A DNA stretch of 64,000 bases from Babesia bigemina. Taxonomy: Eukaryota. Location: positions 2,356,001-2,420,000 of the forward strand of contig NC_027217.1 of assembly GCF_000981445.1 (NCBI RefSeq). The letters are read 5' to 3'. The notes under the pieces are model-generated. The model was given only the letters and a program-made list of their open reading frames with translations. It was not told the origin of the DNA and did not search any database. The translations under genes and the position numbers were made by a program. Below are positions 60,378 through 64,000 of the stretch, one piece after another (position 1 is the stretch's first letter; each line of letters begins with the position of its first letter).

Positions 60378-62540
60378 ATGTATCCGCGAGATATTTCAGA
60401 CAACTCTAAGGTCCAGCACCTCCCTGATTTAAATGGTATAATGTTTAATCCCAACAACACGCCCGCGTTTAATTACGTGCCGCAGGATCCCTCTCTGATC
60501 CCTTTGCAGCAGGCGCCGCAGCATGTGCCCATGGATCCTGGATATCGCAATGTTGCCTTGCCACCGCCGTGCTGGCCCGGCAGCTCACCAGTGCCGATGC
60601 AGAGCCCGATGCCAGCCATGCGGCAGTGGCAGGACGGCACGATAATGATGGGAGGGTTGGATCTGCAGAACCAGGCATTCCGGTCACACGTGAGCTACAA
60701 TACGGCGCCTTTAGTTTCTACACCTGGAAACCAGGATATGTTGAACATGGAGCACCTGCGGCCCAACCTCGGCACGCCTCCGTCAGGAACAAACCCGCAG
60801 CAGCTGCAGCCGACTCCATCGCCTAAGTCAGTGGTTAGCGGGAGGGGGTCGCTGCGCGACGAGCCTGTAGGGAAGTCCAAAGGCAGAGTGGAGCCTGTCA
60901 TGCCGATGAATAAGATGCTGAGTGAGTTCGAAGGGCCGCCTATCACTATGTTTGAGCCGCCGAGGATGGATAAGCCCAAGGATAAGAAACCGTATGTGCC
61001 TATGGTGAAGCAAACACGTCCAGGTGCTGCAACGGGTCCACGTAGAAGCGGTTCGCGCGTGCGTAATGAAGAAGGTAGCGGCGGTAGTTCAGCCACAATG
61101 TCGCAAATTCCGACAAGCAAACTGGAGGACTTCGCATCAAAGACGTTCAATAACGCGGTCAAGTCGATTGCACCTCCGAAGATCCCATTTCCCTGGGGGC
61201 CGAGGCCATTGGTACCCCCAGCCGTTATCGACCAGGCGCAGGTCATGAACGTTGCGGCGGTGCCGCAGCCGTGTCCGCCCCCAATGGCCGTGCCACACCC
61301 AAACCCGCTGCTGCCGCCGCCCGCAGCCATGCTTGGCATCGCGCCTGCGGTTGTGCCTATACCGGAGCTGCGCGTGCAGGAGGGGCCGCTCGTCGGCATG
61401 GATGTGACGCAACCAATGACCGTGCCGATGGGGATCCCATTCGACCCCAACAGCCATATGCCGTTTCCCGGGCCGTCGGTCATGACGCCAGTTGGCCAGC
61501 ACAAGATGCCTGGATTCCCAATGCCGTCGATGGGGACGGCGGAAGGGGTGCCTTCGGCGGACATGATGCCGCAAATGCGGGACCCGTTCGCGCATATCAC
61601 CCCGCGCACGCCAACGATTCGCGTCACGACAAAAGCGAAGCTGGCGCCCCCAGTGAGCATGAAAAGCAATATGAGCGTGTCTGGCCTGTCTAGTGCGAGT
61701 TACCCCGTGCAGTATGCGGTGACGCCGGCCATGGGGATGGCCATGCCGATGGACAGTACTGCCCTTGGCACCCCTTCGCCGGGGCCACCTCCCCTAGGTT
61801 TCGCTGTCAACACGGCGGTGCCCACGCCGATCGCTACACCAATCGCCGCCCCAGTTGGCATGGCTGTGCATACGCCCCTATCCATGCCCAACTGCATCGC
61901 ACCCATGGTCCCCATCACGCCGGGCCCGTTGACCATATCCATACAGCCGCCCCCGATCCCGACTCCTCAGCCGGCGGTGCAGCCGCCAGTGATGGTACCG
62001 CCTCCAAGCGCCCCTGCTAATGCGGGCGCCGTATCGCGCCAACCCGAGGAGTCGATTCTGGACGAGATCAAGAAGGAGAAAAACGTCGACAACGACGTTA
62101 ACAAGAGCCTAGTGTCGGCACCGCGCATCATCGTGGAGTCGTACCAGCAACTACTCGACAAAAAGCGCGACCGTATGCGGGAGTGCCTGGTGGAGGACTG
62201 CAAGAGCGTGCTCGGGGAGCGCGGCAAGATCGACACGCCGTACCAGGACACGATTCAAAACGGGCGAAAGCACTTCTACGTAAAAGACATCGTAGCGAAG
62301 CTGCTGCCGTACCACATGTTCTACTACGAGAACTTGGAACACAAGCCGAAGGCTCCGTCCATGGACCTGGATGCCCTCGAGGAGCGCGTCCGGTCACTCA
62401 AGAGTCGCGTGATGGACATGGTAGCGCAGGCTAAGACCACTCAGCAGAACTACGAGTGCACCAAGGCCTGCGTAGACGCTCTCAGGAATGTCGTGCGGAA
62501 GCGGCAGGCGACGCAGTGCGGCCAGCTCGGCACCACCTAG
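60378..62540 (+). CDS. Pro/Met-rich disordered protein with a C-terminal GLTSCR1-like domain
   Basis: IDTPY..KDIVAKLLPYHMFY matches the GLTSCR1/BICRA motif TPF...DA..RLLPYHV. Confidence 0.65.
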   Translation: MYPRDISDNSKVQHLPDLNGIMFNPNNTPAFNYVPQDPSLIPLQQAPQHVPMDPGYRNVALPPPCWPGSSPVPMQSPMPAMRQWQDGTIMMGGLDLQNQAFRSHVSYNTAPLVSTPGNQDMLNMEHLRPNLGTPPSGTNPQQLQPTPSPKSVVSGRGSLRDEPVGKSKGRVEPVMPMNKMLSEFEGPPITMFEPPRMDKPKDKKPYVPMVKQTRPGAATGPRRSGSRVRNEEGSGGSSATMSQIPTSKLEDFASKTFNNAVKSIAPPKIPFPWGPRPLVPPAVIDQAQVMNVAAVPQPCPPPMAVPHPNPLLPPPAAMLGIAPAVVPIPELRVQEGPLVGMDVTQPMTVPMGIPFDPNSHMPFPGPSVMTPVGQHKMPGFPMPSMGTAEGVPSADMMPQMRDPFAHITPRTPTIRVTTKAKLAPPVSMKSNMSVSGLSSASYPVQYAVTPAMGMAMPMDSTALGTPSPGPPPLGFAVNTAVPTPIATPIAAPVGMAVHTPLSMPNCIAPMVPITPGPLTISIQPPPIPTPQPAVQPPVMVPPPSAPANAGAVSRQPEESILDEIKKEKNVDNDVNKSLVSAPRIIVESYQQLLDKKRDRMRECLVEDCKSVLGERGKIDTPYQDTIQNGRKHFYVKDIVAKLLPYHMFYYENLEHKPKAPSMDLDALEERVRSLKSRVMDMVAQAKTTQQNYECTKACVDALRNVVRKRQATQCGQLGTT

Positions 62541-62575
62541 AGCCACGACACACAATATAATGTTTGAGTCCTAAT

Positions 62576-62995
62576 ATGTTGCTCAACACGTTTCGCGGCA
62601 GGGCGCCTCTGCTGGCTATCCGCGAAGCGCGCCGATTCCGGCGGCAGCCCGTAAAATTGATAGAGAAGGTCACGGAGGAGTACGAGAAGGCCGGTATCGA
62701 GTCCACGGCCCCCAAGCCCGACGAATCCGCGACCGAGCGGCGGAAACGCATGATTCGATATGTCTACTACGACCCTACGTTATCGCAAAAGCTGGCCATG
62801 TAAGTTGCTCGGGCGCCACGCCGCGACGACAGGCTCGGCTGCCGCGTTACGCAATGCACATGAACTCGCAGAATGAAAGCCAGATTCCTAGCCACGGGGT
62901 GGATATGGGTGGTGACCGCGTTGACTACTTACACCGCGCTGAACGCGCTTTACTTTGCTAACAAGCACTTCGAGAAGGGCCGCTACTGCATCTGA
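62576..62995 (+). CDS. Small probable mitochondrial single-pass membrane protein, 2 exons
   Basis: R-rich leader MLLNTFRGRAPLLAIREARRFRR. The spliced second exon gives TM GWIWVVTALTTYTALNALYF. Confidence 0.65.
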
Positions 62996-63374
62996 CCTTT
63001 GGGCGCTAGAACTGTGGCTTCGGCGAAGTTACGTGGGTACACTGAGTGACGATGTGTACTCGTAAAGCTATCTAGGGTTAGGCAGTAAGCTTTTAGCCAC
63101 CGCTATGATGGCTCTGTGCCTTCGGGGTCCCGGAGGCTATGTACTAACGCAATCGGCGATCGACGCCATGGCAATTATATCGCTCAAACTGTTTGTCTAA
63201 AATGGGTTGTTCTGTATCACGTAGACATGGTAATGTATTTAGTGGATGTGTCGCGTCACTGTGGTGTGCCTCCGGTGTCGGATGCAGCGACACTCGACGA
63301 GTTACTTCTCAGATAACGCTGAGTAATTACACGCTTAATATAGCATATTCCAGGTGGTAGAGTCAGATGGGACA

Positions 63375-64000
63375 ATGAGCTCTATGATGGGATCTGCCGG
63401 GCAAAGGCGCGGCCTCGCGCTCTTCGCTCGTGCTTCGGCCAACCTCAACTCCAAGATACCCAAGCGTATTACGTCAAAACACAACCAGAAGCCGTTGGGC
63501 TCGTATCCCTTCCCGCCGGAGCATGAGATGCTTTGGAAAAACAGGCGTAATGTGCCCGGAGGATATTTTCACCAGGCGGTATCGCCGTTCCAGCTCAAGT
63601 TTTGCTACCCGCTGATTCACCAGGGGTACGCGAGGTAGGTGATGCTCATGGAATGGCTCTCGTGCTGTGTTTGTTAGGGGTGCGACTGTTATTAATGGCA
63701 TTGGTGATTCCGGTCAGCTGCTCTTACATAAATGACTGACGTCGTTCAAGGGCTTATAAAGCCCGATGAAATATCTATGTACTATTGGCATTTGTGGATG
63801 TGTTAAATCGTATTTCACTTGAAATGCATGCTGATACTTGATCCACGTATTACCATGTTGTTACGTCGTGTCCGTTGTTGCCATAAAATCTATGGCGCTG
63901 TGTTTTCAAAGTTGAAGCAATTTTGAGCATATATATCATTCTTCAGGATATGGGCGAAGGGGTCGCAGATGTTCTGGTGGGTCATATGGCCCACTGCTAT
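63375..64000 (+). CDS. QCR8: Cytochrome bc1 complex subunit QCR8 (apicomplexan type), runs off the window
   Basis: LGSYPFPPEHEMLW..GGYFHQAVSPFQLKF.YP and second exon IWAKGSQMFWWVIWP resemble Toxoplasma QCR8 as recalled. Confidence 0.8.

Overview
Eukaryotic, intron-rich, gene-dense DNA from a piroplasmid apicomplexan, most likely Babesia sensu stricto (B. bigemina/ovata/caballi-like, judged from ves-family genes, short GT-AG introns and apicoplast leaders). The first ~11 kb is a more AT-rich accessory zone. It holds a 6-Cys (s48/45) gene end and two inverted, short ves1-related (ves2-like) paralogues that share ~550 bp of conserved upstream sequence and flank DUF1764 and TRM11. The rest is housekeeping: Glo2, RPL38, P0, a PPP1R21-like coiled coil, NOPCHAP1-like, myosin ELC-like, Obg, CHIP, GPD1, PRP4 kinase, Rieske protein, MED10-like, TRS120, CSL4, ESF2, DnaJ, eIF3g, an apicoplast ubiquitin-like protein, USP5, apicoplast L10, Deg protease, glutaredoxin, a GLTSCR1-domain protein and QCR8. 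The most notable items absent from the ORF track are a U14-like box C/D snoRNA between P0 and RPL38, the ves upstream cassette, and several multi-exon micro-genes. No CRISPR, transposon, tRNA or rRNA was seen. Gene models were spliced by eye and family calls come from motif recognition, not database searches.
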